A stretch of DNA of 51,717 bases from Candidatus Blautia avicola (GCA_019120515.1 DWUY01000107.1:1-51717); one strand, 5' to 3'; counted from the first letter of the stretch, positions 1 to 10,773 are shown. Notes: a model not told the origin generated them from the sequence alone. Translations and numbers: made by a program.

Positions 1-1050
1 AGAGAGGACTATCCGGATATCATCGGTATCGGCGGCGATATGAACTATTCAAACTTCCTGGATGCAGGACTGCTGATGGATATTTCCGATTACCAAGGCC
101 TGGACAGTATCAAAGATGTTTATCTGCAGATGGACAAGGAACTGGAACTGGTGCCTCAGGAAGGCGTATACGCGGTGCCTTATGCAGCCAATGCGGCAGG
201 TGTTCTGTATAACAAAGATATTTTTGATCAGTACGGATGGGAGATCCCTACAACCTGGGATGAGTTTACCGCACTGTGCGAGGATATCCAGGCAGAAGGA
301 CTTCAGCCCTTCTTCTTCGGATTCAGAGATACCTGGACCTGTCTGGCACCATGGAACGCCATTGCAGTAGACCTGGTGGATTCTGATATCTGCTCTCAGG
401 TAAACAGAGGGGAAGCAAACTTCACAGACAATTACCGTGAGGTTGCGGAAAAGACAAGAGCTCTTCTGGACTATGCCCAGGACGATCCTTTTGCTTACAG
501 CTATAACGATGCATGTACCGCTTTTGCAAGGGGCGAAGCTGTTATGTATCCTATCGGAAGTTATGCAGTTCCTCAGATCCAGTCTGTAAACCCGGATATC
601 AACATTGACTCTTTTGTAATGCCGGCAAGTGAAGATGCTTCTGTAAATAAACTGAATTCCGGAAACGACCTGCAGTTCTCTGTACTGGCGGAATCGAAAC
701 ACAAAGAAGCTGCTTACGAAGTTCTCGACTTCCTGCTGGAGGATGAAAATGTTCAGATGTATCTGGATGACCAGAACGCTGTTCCCTGTAAAGAGGGAGA
801 CTTTGAACTGGCGCCAATGCTGGACGGTATGAAGACTTATATTGACGAAGGAAACATGGCGGACTACCAGGATCACCACTATCCAAGTGAGATGGCTGTA
901 GACGCTATGATCCAGACATATCTGCTGGATGACAGCGACAACGCAACAGATACATTCCTGAAGAGATTCGATACAGAATGGGTAAGGTATAACCGTGATA
1001 CCATCCGGAATCTGGAGGAATACATGAAAGAGCATCCGGATGCAGAATAG
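1..1050 (+). CDS. Carbohydrate ABC transporter substrate-binding protein (5' end lies outside the window)
   Basis: Frame is open from base 1 (REDYPDIIGIGGDMNY...). Solute-binding motifs YAVPYAANAAGVLYNKDIF and IPTTWDEF; followed by two permeases. Confidence 0.9.
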   Translation, partial: REDYPDIIGIGGDMNYSNFLDAGLLMDISDYQGLDSIKDVYLQMDKELELVPQEGVYAVPYAANAAGVLYNKDIFDQYGWEIPTTWDEFTALCEDIQAEGLQPFFFGFRDTWTCLAPWNAIAVDLVDSDICSQVNRGEANFTDNYREVAEKTRALLDYAQDDPFAYSYNDACTAFARGEAVMYPIGSYAVPQIQSVNPDINIDSFVMPASEDASVNKLNSGNDLQFSVLAESKHKEAAYEVLDFLLEDENVQMYLDDQNAVPCKEGDFELAPMLDGMKTYIDEGNMADYQDHHYPSEMAVDAMIQTYLLDDSDNATDTFLKRFDTEWVRYNRDTIRNLEEYMKEHPDAE

Positions 1051-1062
1051 GAGGAAGTTAAA

Positions 1063-1938
1063 ATGAAGAAAAAGATGGGAAACAGAGAGAAAACGTTTCT
1101 GTGCATAACAATTCCGATATTGATTTTATTCTTTTTGTTTAATACACTTCCGTTGATCAGAGGTGTGATTTACAGTTTCACAAACTATAAAGGTTACGGG
1201 ACCTATGATTTTGTAGGATTCAGAAACTATGTGGATCTGTTCCAGGATTCCAGAGTTGGAAAATCCTATCTGTTCACTTTTAAATTTGCTATCGTCAGCA
1301 CCATTATAACAAACCTGGTGAGCCTGATCCTGGCCCTGGGACTGAACAGTAAGATCAAAGGAAAGAGCGCCCTGCGTGGTATCTACTTTATACCAAACGT
1401 GCTGGGCGGACTGGTCGTAGGTTATATCTTCAGCTTTATCTTTACTTATATCCTTCCTACAATAGGACAGAAGCTGGGGATCGGTTTTCTTTCCAGCAGT
1501 ATGCTTTCCAGCGAGAACACAGCATGGCTGGCCATCGTATTTGTAGCATGCTGGCAGTCCATCGCCATGAACACCATCATCTATATCTCAGGCCTTCAGA
1601 CAGTGCCGGAGGATGTATATGAAGCAGGCGCTATCGACGGCGCCACAGGATGGGCCAAGTTTAAAAACCTGACCTTCCCGCTGATCATCCCGTTCTTCTC
1701 TATCAATATGGTACTTTGTATGAAGAATTTCCTGATGGTATTCGATCAGATCATGGCATTGACAAAAGGCGGTCCTGCACAGAGTACAGAATCTATCTCC
1801 TACCTGATCTACAACAACGGTATGAGCGGCGGACAGTTCGGTTTCCAGAGTGCCAACGCAGTGATCTTCTTTATCGTGATCGTTGTGATCTCAGTAGCAC
1901 AGATGAAATTTACAGGAAGTAAGGAGGAGCAGTTATAA
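1063..1938 (+). CDS. Carbohydrate ABC transporter permease (MalF/MsmF-like)
   Basis: Hydrophobic segments, EAA loop YEAGAIDGATGW, RBS GGAGG upstream. Confidence 0.92.
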   Translation: MKKKMGNREKTFLCITIPILILFFLFNTLPLIRGVIYSFTNYKGYGTYDFVGFRNYVDLFQDSRVGKSYLFTFKFAIVSTIITNLVSLILALGLNSKIKGKSALRGIYFIPNVLGGLVVGYIFSFIFTYILPTIGQKLGIGFLSSSMLSSENTAWLAIVFVACWQSIAMNTIIYISGLQTVPEDVYEAGAIDGATGWAKFKNLTFPLIIPFFSINMVLCMKNFLMVFDQIMALTKGGPAQSTESISYLIYNNGMSGGQFGFQSANAVIFFIVIVVISVAQMKFTGSKEEQL

Positions 1939-2789
1939 TGAATAGAAAAGGAAATAAACAGACGGCGCGTACAAACTGGCCGATTACCATTCTCTTGATC
2001 ATCGGCTGCTTAACCATCTTCTTCCCGCTGTATATGACCATCATCATTGCCTTTAAGCAGCCATCAGAAATGACAAATGATATCGCAGGAGCCCTGGCGT
2101 TCCCAAGTTCCTGGAGTTTCAGCAATTTTGCTCAGGCTATGGAAGTTACAGACTTCTGGCATTCACTGGCAAACAGTGTGCTGATCACAGTGATCGCTAT
2201 TGTTCTGGCTGTGATCATTCATTCACTGGCCGGATACGCGATCGGAAGAAGCATGGCTCACAGCAAAGCATACAGCTTTATCTACCTTTACATTGTAAGT
2301 GGTATGTTCGTGCCTTTCGCGATCCTGATGATGCCTGTTGTAAAGCTGACTGCCCAGATGGGGCTGGCAAACAGAGTGGGTGTTATCCTTTTGTATACCG
2401 TATTCTATATGCCTATGAACCTGCTGCTGTATTCCGGTTATCTGAAGAATATCCCGCTGGCGCTTGAAGAAGCAGCGAGAGTCGATGGAGCAACCACATG
2501 GAAAACCTACTGGAGCATTATCTTCCCGGTTATGAAACCAATGCACGCGACTGTAGCAGTCCTGACTGCTCTGGGTACATGGAACGATGTTATGACTCCC
2601 CTGGTTATCCTGTCCGGTACCGATGTAAACACACTGCCTCTGGCTCAGTTGAATTTCCAGACACAGTTTGGTACAAACTACAACCTGGCCTTTGCATCTT
2701 ACCTGCTGGCCCTGATCCCGATCCTGATCTTCTATCTGGTATGCCAGAAACAGATCCTGAACGGTGTAGTAAACGGTGCCGTAAAATAA
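1938..2789 (+). CDS. Carbohydrate ABC transporter permease (MalG/MsmG-like)
   Basis: EAA loop LEEAARVDGAT; start overlaps the previous stop (TAATG). Confidence 0.92.
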   Translation: MNRKGNKQTARTNWPITILLIIGCLTIFFPLYMTIIIAFKQPSEMTNDIAGALAFPSSWSFSNFAQAMEVTDFWHSLANSVLITVIAIVLAVIIHSLAGYAIGRSMAHSKAYSFIYLYIVSGMFVPFAILMMPVVKLTAQMGLANRVGVILLYTVFYMPMNLLLYSGYLKNIPLALEEAARVDGATTWKTYWSIIFPVMKPMHATVAVLTALGTWNDVMTPLVILSGTDVNTLPLAQLNFQTQFGTNYNLAFASYLLALIPILIFYLVCQKQILNGVVNGAVK

Positions 2790-2807
2790 TATATTTAAAA
2801 AGATCCA

Positions 2808-2865
2808 TGGCTGTCCCTGGAGTGCGATGTACTCTCAGGGGCAGCCTTCTTTTTGCCTTTTTTTC
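2808..2865 (+). terminator. Intrinsic terminator of the ABC operon
   Basis: GGCTGTCCCTGGAG...CTCTCAGGGGCAGCC hairpin followed by a T-rich run. Confidence 0.65.
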
Positions 2866-2905
2866 CGCATATATTTTACAGACAGAAAGGCAAGGAGAAA
2901 GACAA

Positions 2906-3616
2906 ATGGGGAAACAATGGATAAAAAGAGGCATGGCCGCGGGAATGCTTCTGGCTATTTATCTGCTGTCTAGAGAAGGCGCTGTTATGGCGGCGAAGGA
3001 GCAGGTCCGGGATCCGGCAGTGATCGTTATAGACAGCGGACACGGAGGGATAGATCCAGGAGTGGTGGGGATTGACGGGCTGGAAGAAAAAGGGATCAAT
3101 CTGAAGATCGCGGGATATCTGGGAGGGTATCTGGAAAAAGAAGGATTTCGGGTTGTATTTACCCGGGAAGACGACCGGGGGCTTTATGAGGAGGACAGTC
3201 CGAATAAGAAAAACCAGGATCTGAAGAACCGCTGCGCCCTTATCAGGGAGACCGCGCCTGTCCTTACCATCAGTATCCATCAGAACAGCTATCAGGATCA
3301 GAGTGTCTGCGGACCTCAGGTGTTTTATTATACTGGTTCTGAAAAGGGAAAAGAACTGGCAGAATGCATACAGGAAACATTAAATGAGGGGCTGGAGATC
3401 CAAAGACCCCGGAAGGCTAAAAGCAATGGCTCCTATTATCTGCTGAAGAAAAGCGAAGGCATTGTAAATATCGTAGAGACAGGTTTCCTTACCAACCCCA
3501 GAGAAGCAGAGCTTCTGCAGACGGAAGAATATCAGAAAAAATGTGCCCGGGCAATTTCTTCAGGTATCTTAAAATTTCTAAAAATTGTGGAAAAGGAAGG
3601 GGCAGATGTGGTATGA
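2906..3616 (+). CDS. N-acetylmuramoyl-L-alanine amidase (Amidase_3, CwlD-like)
   Basis: Motifs IDSGHGGIDPG, EKGINL, ISIHQN, IVETGFLTN. ATG at 2906 follows AAGGAG; hydrophobic N-terminus; CATATATT sigmaE-like -10 at 2868-2875. Confidence 0.85.
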   Translation: MGKQWIKRGMAAGMLLAIYLLSREGAVMAAKEQVRDPAVIVIDSGHGGIDPGVVGIDGLEEKGINLKIAGYLGGYLEKEGFRVVFTREDDRGLYEEDSPNKKNQDLKNRCALIRETAPVLTISIHQNSYQDQSVCGPQVFYYTGSEKGKELAECIQETLNEGLEIQRPRKAKSNGSYYLLKKSEGIVNIVETGFLTNPREAELLQTEEYQKKCARAISSGILKFLKIVEKEGADVV

Positions 3617-3658
3617 TAAAGCTGAATTGTAAGAAACTAAGGAAGAAGAGGTTTTAAG

Positions 3659-4708
3659 GTGAATACAACAGTAGTCACAGTAGATAAAGAACATCCGGAC
3701 GAAAAAGTAATGGAAGAAGCAGGCAGGATCCTGAAAGCGGGGGGACTGGTTGCTTTTCCTACGGAGACGGTTTACGGTCTGGGAGGAGACGGACTGAATC
3801 CAGACTCTTCCCGGAAGATTTACCAGGCGAAGGGAAGACCTTCAGATAATCCCCTTATCATACATATCGCAGATATGGAAAGCCTGGACAAGATTGTTAA
3901 AACAATACCTTTTAAAGCCAAAAAGATGGCCGAGGCATTCTGGCCGGGTCCTCTGACTATGATCTTTGAAAAAAGTGATGTGGTGCCTTATGAAACTACA
4001 GGAGGACTGGAAAGTGTGGCGGTGCGGATGCCCAGCCATCCGGTTGCGGCGGCTCTGATCAGGGCTGGAGGGGGCTATATTGCGGCTCCCAGCGCAAATA
4101 CTTCAGGAAGACCCAGTCCCACTCAGGCTTCTCATGTCCGGGAAGACCTGGAGGGGAAGATCGATATGATCATAGATGGCGGCAGTGTGGGGATAGGACT
4201 GGAATCCACCATTGTAGATTTTACAGAGGAGGATCCGGTGATCCTTCGCCCCGGCTATATTAACCAGGAGATGATGGAAGGGGTGATCGGACAGGTAAAG
4301 GTGGACCGGGGCCTGTTGATCACAGACGAGAAGGTCCGGCCGAAAGCGCCGGGAATGAAGTACCGTCACTATGCCCCTGAGGCTCCCCTTACGATCATAG
4401 AGGGAAAAGCAGAGGATACCATTGCCTATATCAATGAGCAGTGTGAAAAGCTGAAAGAAGAAGGCAAAACGGCAGGCGTTATTGCTACAGACGAGACCAG
4501 AGGAGCGTATCAGGCCGCTGTGGTAAAGAGCATTGGAAGCAGACGGGATGAAGAGGGCATTGCCCGTCATCTCTTCGGGATCCTCCGGGAATTTGACGAG
4601 GAAAAGGTGGACGCTATTTTTTCAGAGTCTTTTGATACTCCTAAAATGGGGCAGGCCATTATGAACCGGCTTTTGAAGGCGGCGGGCCATCATATCGTAC
4701 AGGTATGA
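3659..4708 (+). CDS. sua5: L-threonylcarbamoyladenylate synthase (Sua5/YwlC type)
   Basis: VAFPTETVYGLG, KGRPSDNPLIIH, APSANTSGRPSPT, APGMKYRHYAP; GTG start. Confidence 0.95.
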   Translation: MNTTVVTVDKEHPDEKVMEEAGRILKAGGLVAFPTETVYGLGGDGLNPDSSRKIYQAKGRPSDNPLIIHIADMESLDKIVKTIPFKAKKMAEAFWPGPLTMIFEKSDVVPYETTGGLESVAVRMPSHPVAAALIRAGGGYIAAPSANTSGRPSPTQASHVREDLEGKIDMIIDGGSVGIGLESTIVDFTEEDPVILRPGYINQEMMEGVIGQVKVDRGLLITDEKVRPKAPGMKYRHYAPEAPLTIIEGKAEDTIAYINEQCEKLKEEGKTAGVIATDETRGAYQAAVVKSIGSRRDEEGIARHLFGILREFDEEKVDAIFSESFDTPKMGQAIMNRLLKAAGHHIVQV

Positions 4709-4720
4709 GTCAGGGATCAA

Positions 4721-4762
4721 AGATTATAAAAATACAGCCCGGCAGGGCGGATATTAAAATCT
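4721..4762. repeat. REP-like hairpin containing AGCCCGGCAGGGCGGAT
   Basis: 4736-4752 is identical over 17 bp to 11374-11390; flanked by AGATT/AATCT arms. Confidence 0.6.
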
Positions 4763-4787
4763 AATAGAATACAAGAGGAGGCTATTT

Positions 4788-5222
4788 ATGATAGGATTAG
4801 GCTGTGACCATGGCGGTTATGAACTGAAGCAGGAGATTATAAAATATCTGGAGGAAAAAGGGATCCCTTATAAGGATTTCGGCTGTGACAGCACCAAGTC
4901 TGTAGATTATCCCATCTATGCCAGAAAAGTAGGAAGAGCCATTCAGAATGGAGAATGTGACAAAGGTATCCTGATCTGCGGAACCGGGATCGGTATTTCC
5001 ATTGCTGCTAATAAAATGAAAGGGATCCGGGCGGCTCTGTGCACAGACTGTTTCAGCGCGGAAGCCACCAGACTTCACAACGACGCCAATATCCTGGCTC
5101 TGGGGGGAAGAGTGGTAGGCCCCGGACTGGCGGTAAAGATCGTGGATACCTTCTTGAACACGGAGTTTTCTCATGAAGAGAGACATCAAAGAAGGATCGA
5201 CCTTATTGAGGGCGAAGAGTAA
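4788..5222 (+). CDS. rpiB: Ribose-5-phosphate isomerase B
   Basis: [35 protein letters not shown]. Confidence 0.95.
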   Translation: MIGLGCDHGGYELKQEIIKYLEEKGIPYKDFGCDSTKSVDYPIYARKVGRAIQNGECDKGILICGTGIGISIAANKMKGIRAALCTDCFSAEATRLHNDANILALGGRVVGPGLAVKIVDTFLNTEFSHEERHQRRIDLIEGEE

Positions 5223-5260
5223 AAATTGTTTTTATACATCAGACACAGAGGAGAAATGAT

Positions 5261-5890
5261 ATGGGAAAAGCGTTAGTAATGGATCATCCCCTGATCCAGC
5301 ATAAGATCGGTATTATCCGGAGAAAAGAAACCAGTTCCAAAGAATTCAGGGAACTGGTCAGCGAAGTTGCCATGTTTATGGCTTATGAAGCGACCAGAGA
5401 TCTGAAGCTGAAAGATGTGGAGATCGAGACACCTATTACCAGAATGGTGGCAAAGGAACTGGCGGGAAAGAAAATGGCGGTAGTGCCTATCCTCCGCGCC
5501 GGTCTTGGCATGGTGGAAGGAATGCTGACCATGGTGCCTGCCGCAAAGGTGGGACATATCGGGTTATACCGCGACCCTGAGACTTTAAAGCCGGTGGAAT
5601 ATTACTGCAAGCTGCCGGCCGACTGCGGGGAAAGGGAAGTGTTCGTTACAGATCCCATGCTTGCTACAGGAGGATCTGCAGTGGCGGCGATTTCCATGCT
5701 GAAGGAGAAAGGCGTGAAAAATATCCGTTTTATGTGCATTATTGCTGCGCCGGAAGGCGTAAAAGCCCTTACGGAGGCCCATCCGGATGTGGATATTTAT
5801 ATTGGGGCGTTAGATGATCATTTAAATGACCATGGATATATTGTTCCGGGTCTGGGAGATGCAGGGGACCGGATCTTTGGTACGAAGTAA
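5261..5890 (+). CDS. upp: Uracil phosphoribosyltransferase
   Basis: [36 protein letters not shown]. Confidence 0.97.
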   Translation: MGKALVMDHPLIQHKIGIIRRKETSSKEFRELVSEVAMFMAYEATRDLKLKDVEIETPITRMVAKELAGKKMAVVPILRAGLGMVEGMLTMVPAAKVGHIGLYRDPETLKPVEYYCKLPADCGEREVFVTDPMLATGGSAVAAISMLKEKGVKNIRFMCIIAAPEGVKALTEAHPDVDIYIGALDDHLNDHGYIVPGLGDAGDRIFGTK

Positions 5891-5945
5891 ACAGCAGCCG
5901 TATTGTGTTAAATGCTGTCTGCTGTCAGGAATAGGAGTGAGATAG

Positions 5946-6431
5946 ATGTCAGGAAAGAGACAGGGATATATATCCTGGGACGAGTATTTTATGGGGGTTG
6001 CGGAATTGTCAGGGATGCGTTCCAAAGACCCTAATTCTCAGGTGGGATCCTGTATCGTCAGCCAGGATAATAAAATTCTTTCTATGGGATATAACGGATT
6101 TCCCATGGGCTGTTCAGATGATGAATTTCCCTGGGCCAGAGAAGGAGAAGAATTTGATACCAAGTATTTTTATGTGACCCACAGTGAACTGAATGCCATC
6201 CTCAATTACAGAGGAGGTTCCCTGGAAGGGGCAAAGCTGTATGTTTCACTGTTTCCCTGTAATGAATGTGCAAAGGCCATTATCCAGGCAGGGATCAAGA
6301 CCATCGTTTACGGGTGCGACAAGTACGGAGATACTCCGGCGGTAAAAGCTTCCAAGAGGATGCTGGACGCCGCAGGGGTCCGTTATTATCAGTATAGTCC
6401 TACCGGAAGAAAGGTGGAACTGGAATTATAG
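5946..6431 (+). CDS. dCMP deaminase family protein
   Basis: WDEYFM, RSKDP, GYNG and zinc motif HSELNA...FPCNECAK. Confidence 0.92.
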   Translation: MSGKRQGYISWDEYFMGVAELSGMRSKDPNSQVGSCIVSQDNKILSMGYNGFPMGCSDDEFPWAREGEEFDTKYFYVTHSELNAILNYRGGSLEGAKLYVSLFPCNECAKAIIQAGIKTIVYGCDKYGDTPAVKASKRMLDAAGVRYYQYSPTGRKVELEL

Positions 6432-6443
6432 GCGAGTCCAGCC

Positions 6444-6472
6444 TTGACAAATAAGAAAAATTCCAATAAAAT
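6444..6472 (+). promoter_or_regulatory. sigmaA promoter of the proS leader
   Basis: TTGACA (6444-6449), 17-bp spacer, TAAAAT (6467-6472). Confidence 0.8.
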
Positions 6473-6479
6473 GTTGCCA

Positions 6480-6716
6480 GACAACGAAGAAAACGGCGAT
6501 GAAGAGGAATAGTACCCCAACGGAACGGCACAGAGAGAGGATCAGCGCTGAGAGATCCTTCCAGGAAGAGGGGAACCCGCCTTGGAGCTGCCTGCGAGGA
6601 GCAGGACGCGGGCTTTGGCGTTAGGAAAGCTGAGAGAGGACGGCTGTATGCCGTCAATTAGGGTGGTACCGCCGAAATATGACATCGGTCCCTGGATGGG
6701 GATCCGGTGTCTTTTC
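6480..6716 (+). ncRNA. T-box riboswitch (proline specifier)
   Basis: AGTA, AGAGAG and GCTGAGA stem-I motifs; GAA-CCC specifier (Pro codon at 6576-6578); T-box AATTAGGGTGGTACCGC from 6656; terminator GACATCGG...CCGGTGTC-TTTT at 6681-6715; upstream of proS. Confidence 0.93.
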
Positions 6717-6862
6717 TATTCTATGGAACTGTCGTATGGATCGGGAATGAAAATATTCCTGACATATGTATTGCAACAGCTTTATAGAATAAAAACTTTC
6801 GCACAGGATATGTACGCCCTAATGCAGGAGGCTTAAATCATTAAATAAAAAGGAGCAGAAAA

Positions 6863-8302
6863 ATGGCAAAGGATAAGAAGTTTGTGAAAGAGATCACCTC
6901 TATGGAAGAGGATTTTGCCCAGTGGTATACGGACGTAGTGAAAAAAGCGGAGCTGATCGACTACACCAGTGTAAAAGGCTGTATGGTGATCAAACCGGCA
7001 GGATATGCGATCTGGGAAAATATCCAGCATGAGCTGGACAGAAGGTTTAAAGAGACCGGTGTGGAGAATGTTTATCTTCCCATGTTTATTCCGGAAAGCC
7101 TTCTTCAGAAGGAAAAGGATCATGTGGAGGGGTTTGCCCCTGAAGTGGCCTGGGTGACTTATGGAGGACTGGAGCCGCTTCAGGAGAGACTTTGTGTACG
7201 TCCCACTTCGGAAACGCTGTTCTGTGATCTGTATTCTAAGGAGATCCATTCTCACAGAGATCTGCCTAAGGTATACAATCAATGGTGCTCTGTAGTACGG
7301 TGGGAAAAAACGACCAGGCCTTTCCTTCGTTCCAGAGAATTTTTGTGGCAGGAAGGACATACCGCCCATGCCACAGCAGAGGAGGCGGAAGAAAGGACTA
7401 TCCAGATGCTGAATCTTTATGCGGATTTCTGCGAGGAAGTACTGGCTATTCCGGTTATCAAAGGAAAGAAGACAGAGAAGGAAAAATTTGCAGGCGCAGA
7501 GGCTACTTATACCATTGAGTCCCTGATGCATGACGGCAAGGCTCTGCAGTCAGGAACCAGCCATAATTTCGGAGATGGTTTTGCAAAAGCTTTTGGTATC
7601 CAGTATACAGATAAAGAGAATAAACTCCAGTATGTACACCAGACTTCCTGGGGCATGACAACCCGTATGATCGGGGCTCTGATCATGGTACACGGAGACA
7701 ACAGCGGACTTGTGCTGCCGCCAAGGATCGCACCGGTACAGGCGGTGATCATTCCGATCCAGCAGAGGAAAGAAGGGGTTCTGGAGACCGCAGAAAAATT
7801 AGAGGCTCAGTTAAAAGAGGCAGGGATCCGGGTGAAAACAGATGCCACAGACAAGAGTCCGGGATTCAAATTCGCAGAACAGGAGATGAGAGGAATCCCC
7901 GTCCGTATCGAATGCGGGCCAAAGGACATCGAGGCAGCTCAGGCGGTAGTCGTCCGCAGAGATACCCGGGAAAAAATAACCGTTTCTCTGGATGAACTGG
8001 CAGTCAGGGTACAGGAGATCCTGGATACCATGCAGAGAGAAATGCTGGAAAGGGCCAGGGCGCATAGAGACGCCCACACCTATGTGGCAACAGATTATGA
8101 TTCTTTTAAAAAGACGATCAATGAGAAACCTGGATTTGTTAAAGCCATGTGGTGCGGCTGCAGGGAATGCGAAGATAAGGTAAAAGAAGATGTTCAGGCT
8201 ACGGCAAGATGTATACCTTTTGAGCAGGAAAACCTGTCTGATAAGTGTGTGGTATGCGGAAAACCGGCCAAGAAAATGGTTTACTGGGGGCGTGCTTATT
8301 AA
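6863..8302 (+). CDS. proS: Proline--tRNA ligase (archaeal/eukaryotic-like short type)
   Basis: [30 protein letters not shown]-terminal Cys cluster and GRAY end. Confidence 0.97.
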   Translation: MAKDKKFVKEITSMEEDFAQWYTDVVKKAELIDYTSVKGCMVIKPAGYAIWENIQHELDRRFKETGVENVYLPMFIPESLLQKEKDHVEGFAPEVAWVTYGGLEPLQERLCVRPTSETLFCDLYSKEIHSHRDLPKVYNQWCSVVRWEKTTRPFLRSREFLWQEGHTAHATAEEAEERTIQMLNLYADFCEEVLAIPVIKGKKTEKEKFAGAEATYTIESLMHDGKALQSGTSHNFGDGFAKAFGIQYTDKENKLQYVHQTSWGMTTRMIGALIMVHGDNSGLVLPPRIAPVQAVIIPIQQRKEGVLETAEKLEAQLKEAGIRVKTDATDKSPGFKFAEQEMRGIPVRIECGPKDIEAAQAVVVRRDTREKITVSLDELAVRVQEILDTMQREMLERARAHRDAHTYVATDYDSFKKTINEKPGFVKAMWCGCRECEDKVKEDVQATARCIPFEQENLSDKCVVCGKPAKKMVYWGRAY

Positions 8303-8304
8303 TT

Positions 8305-9621
8305 ATGAGGATTGAAGTTCCAAAAAAGGCGGAAAAGATCATAGATGCTTTACAGGAACATGGATATGATGCTTATGTAGTGGGAGGCTGTGTCCGGGAC
8401 AGCCTCCTTCACCGTTCACCGGCGGATTGGGATATCACCACTTCCGCTACTCCGGCGGAGGTAAAAAAGATCTTCCGGAGGACTGTGGACACGGGGATCC
8501 AGCATGGAACTGTAACAGTGCTTATAGAGAAAGAAGGATTTGAAGTGACGACCTACCGGATCGATGGAGAATATGAAGACGGCCGTCATCCCAAAGAGGT
8601 GATCTTTACTCCCAGTCTGAAAGAAGATTTAAGGCGCAGGGATTTTACCATTAACGCCATGGCCTATAATCACAGGACCGGTCTGGTAGATATTTTCGGA
8701 GGCGTGGAAGATCTGAAAAATAAGGTGGTCCGCTGTGTGGGAGATCCCAGGGAAAGATTTACGGAAGACGCCCTGCGTATCCTCAGGGCGGTGCGTTTTT
8801 CTGCCCAGCTTGGATTTTCCATAGAAGAAAAGACCAGGGAGGCTGCCAGGGAACTGGGAGAGACCCTCAGAAAGATCAGCGCGGAGAGGATCCAGACAGA
8901 ACTGGTAAAGCTTCTTGTTTCTCCGAATCCCCAATATCTGAAGACCGCCTGGGAACTGGGCCTGACGAAGATCTTTCTGTATGAGTTCGATAAAGCTATG
9001 GAGACGCCTCAGGAAAATCCCCATCATTGTTATAATGTAGGGGAACATACTTTGAAAGCGCTGGAAGAGGTGCGAGCCGACCGCGTCCTGCGGCTGACCC
9101 TTCTTTTTCATGATCTGGGAAAAGCGGAGACAAGGACAAGAGATGAAAAAGGAATTGATCATTTTTATGGTCATCCTGCCCAGAGCGAGAAGATCGCCAG
9201 GAACGTATTAAAGCGGCTCCGCTTTGATAACGATACCATCAATAAAGTAGGAATGCTGGTCCGCTGGCATGAATGTCCATGGCAGGCGGATCCCCGGTCT
9301 GTACGCAGAGCGCTTTCCAAGACTGGTACGGAGCTTTTCCCTCTTCTGCTGGAAGTAAGGAGAGGAGATATTATGGCCCAGAGTGTTTATCATCAGAAAG
9401 AAAAACTAGAGTGGCTGGACCGGCTTGGAGAAATTTATGAAGAAATCCTCAGGAAAAAGGAGTGCGTTTCTATAAAAGATCTGGCGGTTTCTGGAAGAGA
9501 TCTGATCCAGGCCGGCATGAAACCGGGAAAAGAGATCGGAGAGACCCTGAACAGATTTCTGGAGATCGTTTTGGAAGATCCTGAAAAAAATACAAAAGAA
9601 TATCTGCTGTCCCGCCTTTGA
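8305..9621 (+). CDS. cca: CCA-adding tRNA nucleotidyltransferase with HD domain
   Basis: YVVGGCVRD, DWDITT, RRDFTINAMA, EDALRILRAVRF, HDLGK. ATG at 8305, just after the proS stop. Confidence 0.92.
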   Translation: MRIEVPKKAEKIIDALQEHGYDAYVVGGCVRDSLLHRSPADWDITTSATPAEVKKIFRRTVDTGIQHGTVTVLIEKEGFEVTTYRIDGEYEDGRHPKEVIFTPSLKEDLRRRDFTINAMAYNHRTGLVDIFGGVEDLKNKVVRCVGDPRERFTEDALRILRAVRFSAQLGFSIEEKTREAARELGETLRKISAERIQTELVKLLVSPNPQYLKTAWELGLTKIFLYEFDKAMETPQENPHHCYNVGEHTLKALEEVRADRVLRLTLLFHDLGKAETRTRDEKGIDHFYGHPAQSEKIARNVLKRLRFDNDTINKVGMLVRWHECPWQADPRSVRRALSKTGTELFPLLLEVRRGDIMAQSVYHQKEKLEWLDRLGEIYEEILRKKECVSIKDLAVSGRDLIQAGMKPGKEIGETLNRFLEIVLEDPEKNTKEYLLSRL

Positions 9622-9626
9622 AACTC

Positions 9627-9655
9627 TTCTAACCCCGGATCCCCCTGCATACAAT
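9627..9655 (+). promoter_or_regulatory. Mother-cell sigma (sigmaE-like) promoter
   Basis: CATACAAT -10 at 9648-9655 with a weak TTCTAAC -35 14 bp upstream; precedes a spore-coat gene. Confidence 0.5.
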
Positions 9656-9686
9656 GAAAGGGATATGAAAAAAGGGGGAGAACGAT

Positions 9687-10667
9687 GTGTATGACCGTGG
9701 TCTGAGCGTGTTGGAGCAGTACGGACTGGAAGCCGGGGCCGTATACCGGGGCAGGGGGGCATTGATCTGCGAGACTCAGGAGGGTCTTGTGCTGATCCGT
9801 GAATACTGGGGAACAGCCAGGAAGCTGGAGCACCAGGCGAAGCTTTTAGAGAAGATCTCCGGGGCCTCTCCCATAGGGACGGACCAGATCCTGAGCAACA
9901 AGGAAGGTTCCTATATATCGGGAGACAGTGAAAATGTTCCTTATATTGTAAAAAAGTGGTATGAAGGAAAAGAATGCGATACCCGCAGTGAGGAAGAAAT
10001 CTGCAAGGGGGTTTCTGCCCTGGCAAGTTTACATAAAGTAATGTGCATGCCGGTACAGAGGCATTATGTGCGGGAATCTCTGCGCAGTGAATTCCAGCGT
10101 CATAACCGGGAACTTAAAAAGATCCGGAAATTTATACTGGAGAAACAGCAGAAAAATCCTTTTGAACAGGAGTTGTTGGACACAGTCCGGGATTTTCTGG
10201 GACATGGGGAGGAGGCGCTGCAAAGACTGGAAGCTTCCGGATACGAAAAACTCCGTCAGCAGGAACTGGAAAGAGGAACCGTCTGTCATGGAGAATTTAA
10301 CCAGCACAACATTCTTTTATCAGAAGGAAAAGTCAGAGCTGTAACAAATTTTGATAAGTGGAATTTTGACATCCAGACAGGCGACCTTTACCGTTTTATG
10401 AGGAAGGTACTGGAGAAGCATCAATGGGATATGGCTCTGGGCAGAAAAATCCTTTTGAGCTATCAGCAGATCCGGCCTCTTAGCCGTGAAGAAATGGAAA
10501 ATCTCCGGATCCGGTTTTCTTATCCGGAGAAATACTGGAAGCTGGCAAATTATTATTATACCCATAATAAGGCCTGGATACCGGGGAAAAACCTGGAAAA
10601 ACTGGAAAAATTAAGGGATCAGAAAGAAAAATGGAGAAATTTTGTGGAAAGTATTTTTGTAGCCTGA
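9687..10667 (+). CDS. CotS/YutH family spore coat protein (kinase-like fold)
   Basis: VCHGEFNQHNIL, DLYRFMRK, YPEKYWKLANYYY; typical position between cca and hup. Confidence 0.8.
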   Translation: MYDRGLSVLEQYGLEAGAVYRGRGALICETQEGLVLIREYWGTARKLEHQAKLLEKISGASPIGTDQILSNKEGSYISGDSENVPYIVKKWYEGKECDTRSEEEICKGVSALASLHKVMCMPVQRHYVRESLRSEFQRHNRELKKIRKFILEKQQKNPFEQELLDTVRDFLGHGEEALQRLEASGYEKLRQQELERGTVCHGEFNQHNILLSEGKVRAVTNFDKWNFDIQTGDLYRFMRKVLEKHQWDMALGRKILLSYQQIRPLSREEMENLRIRFSYPEKYWKLANYYYTHNKAWIPGKNLEKLEKLRDQKEKWRNFVESIFVA

Positions 10668-10684
10668 GAAATTTCCGGATATGC

Positions 10685-10713
10685 TTGACAAACCATAGGA
10701 AACACGGTATAAA
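10685..10713 (+). promoter_or_regulatory. sigmaA promoter of hup
   Basis: TTGACA, 17 bp, TATAAA. Confidence 0.7.
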
Positions 10714-10773
10714 TAACTGTAGACCGTGATGGCGGTAGACTTTAGCTTGATTTATATTTAGGAGGAAATACTC

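Noticed and set aside
2498-2905. 136-aa N-terminal extension of the amidase ORF
   Set aside because: It overlaps the permease gene and its terminator; the ATG at 2906 has a good RBS.
6582-6836. 84-aa ORF upstream of proS
   Set aside because: It runs through the T-box antiterminator and terminator and shows no recognisable protein features.
6717-6862. Possible second proS promoter bypassing the T-box
   Set aside because: Candidate -35 and -10 hexamers do not give a convincing spacing; the best is a weak CTGACA-18-TATAGA.
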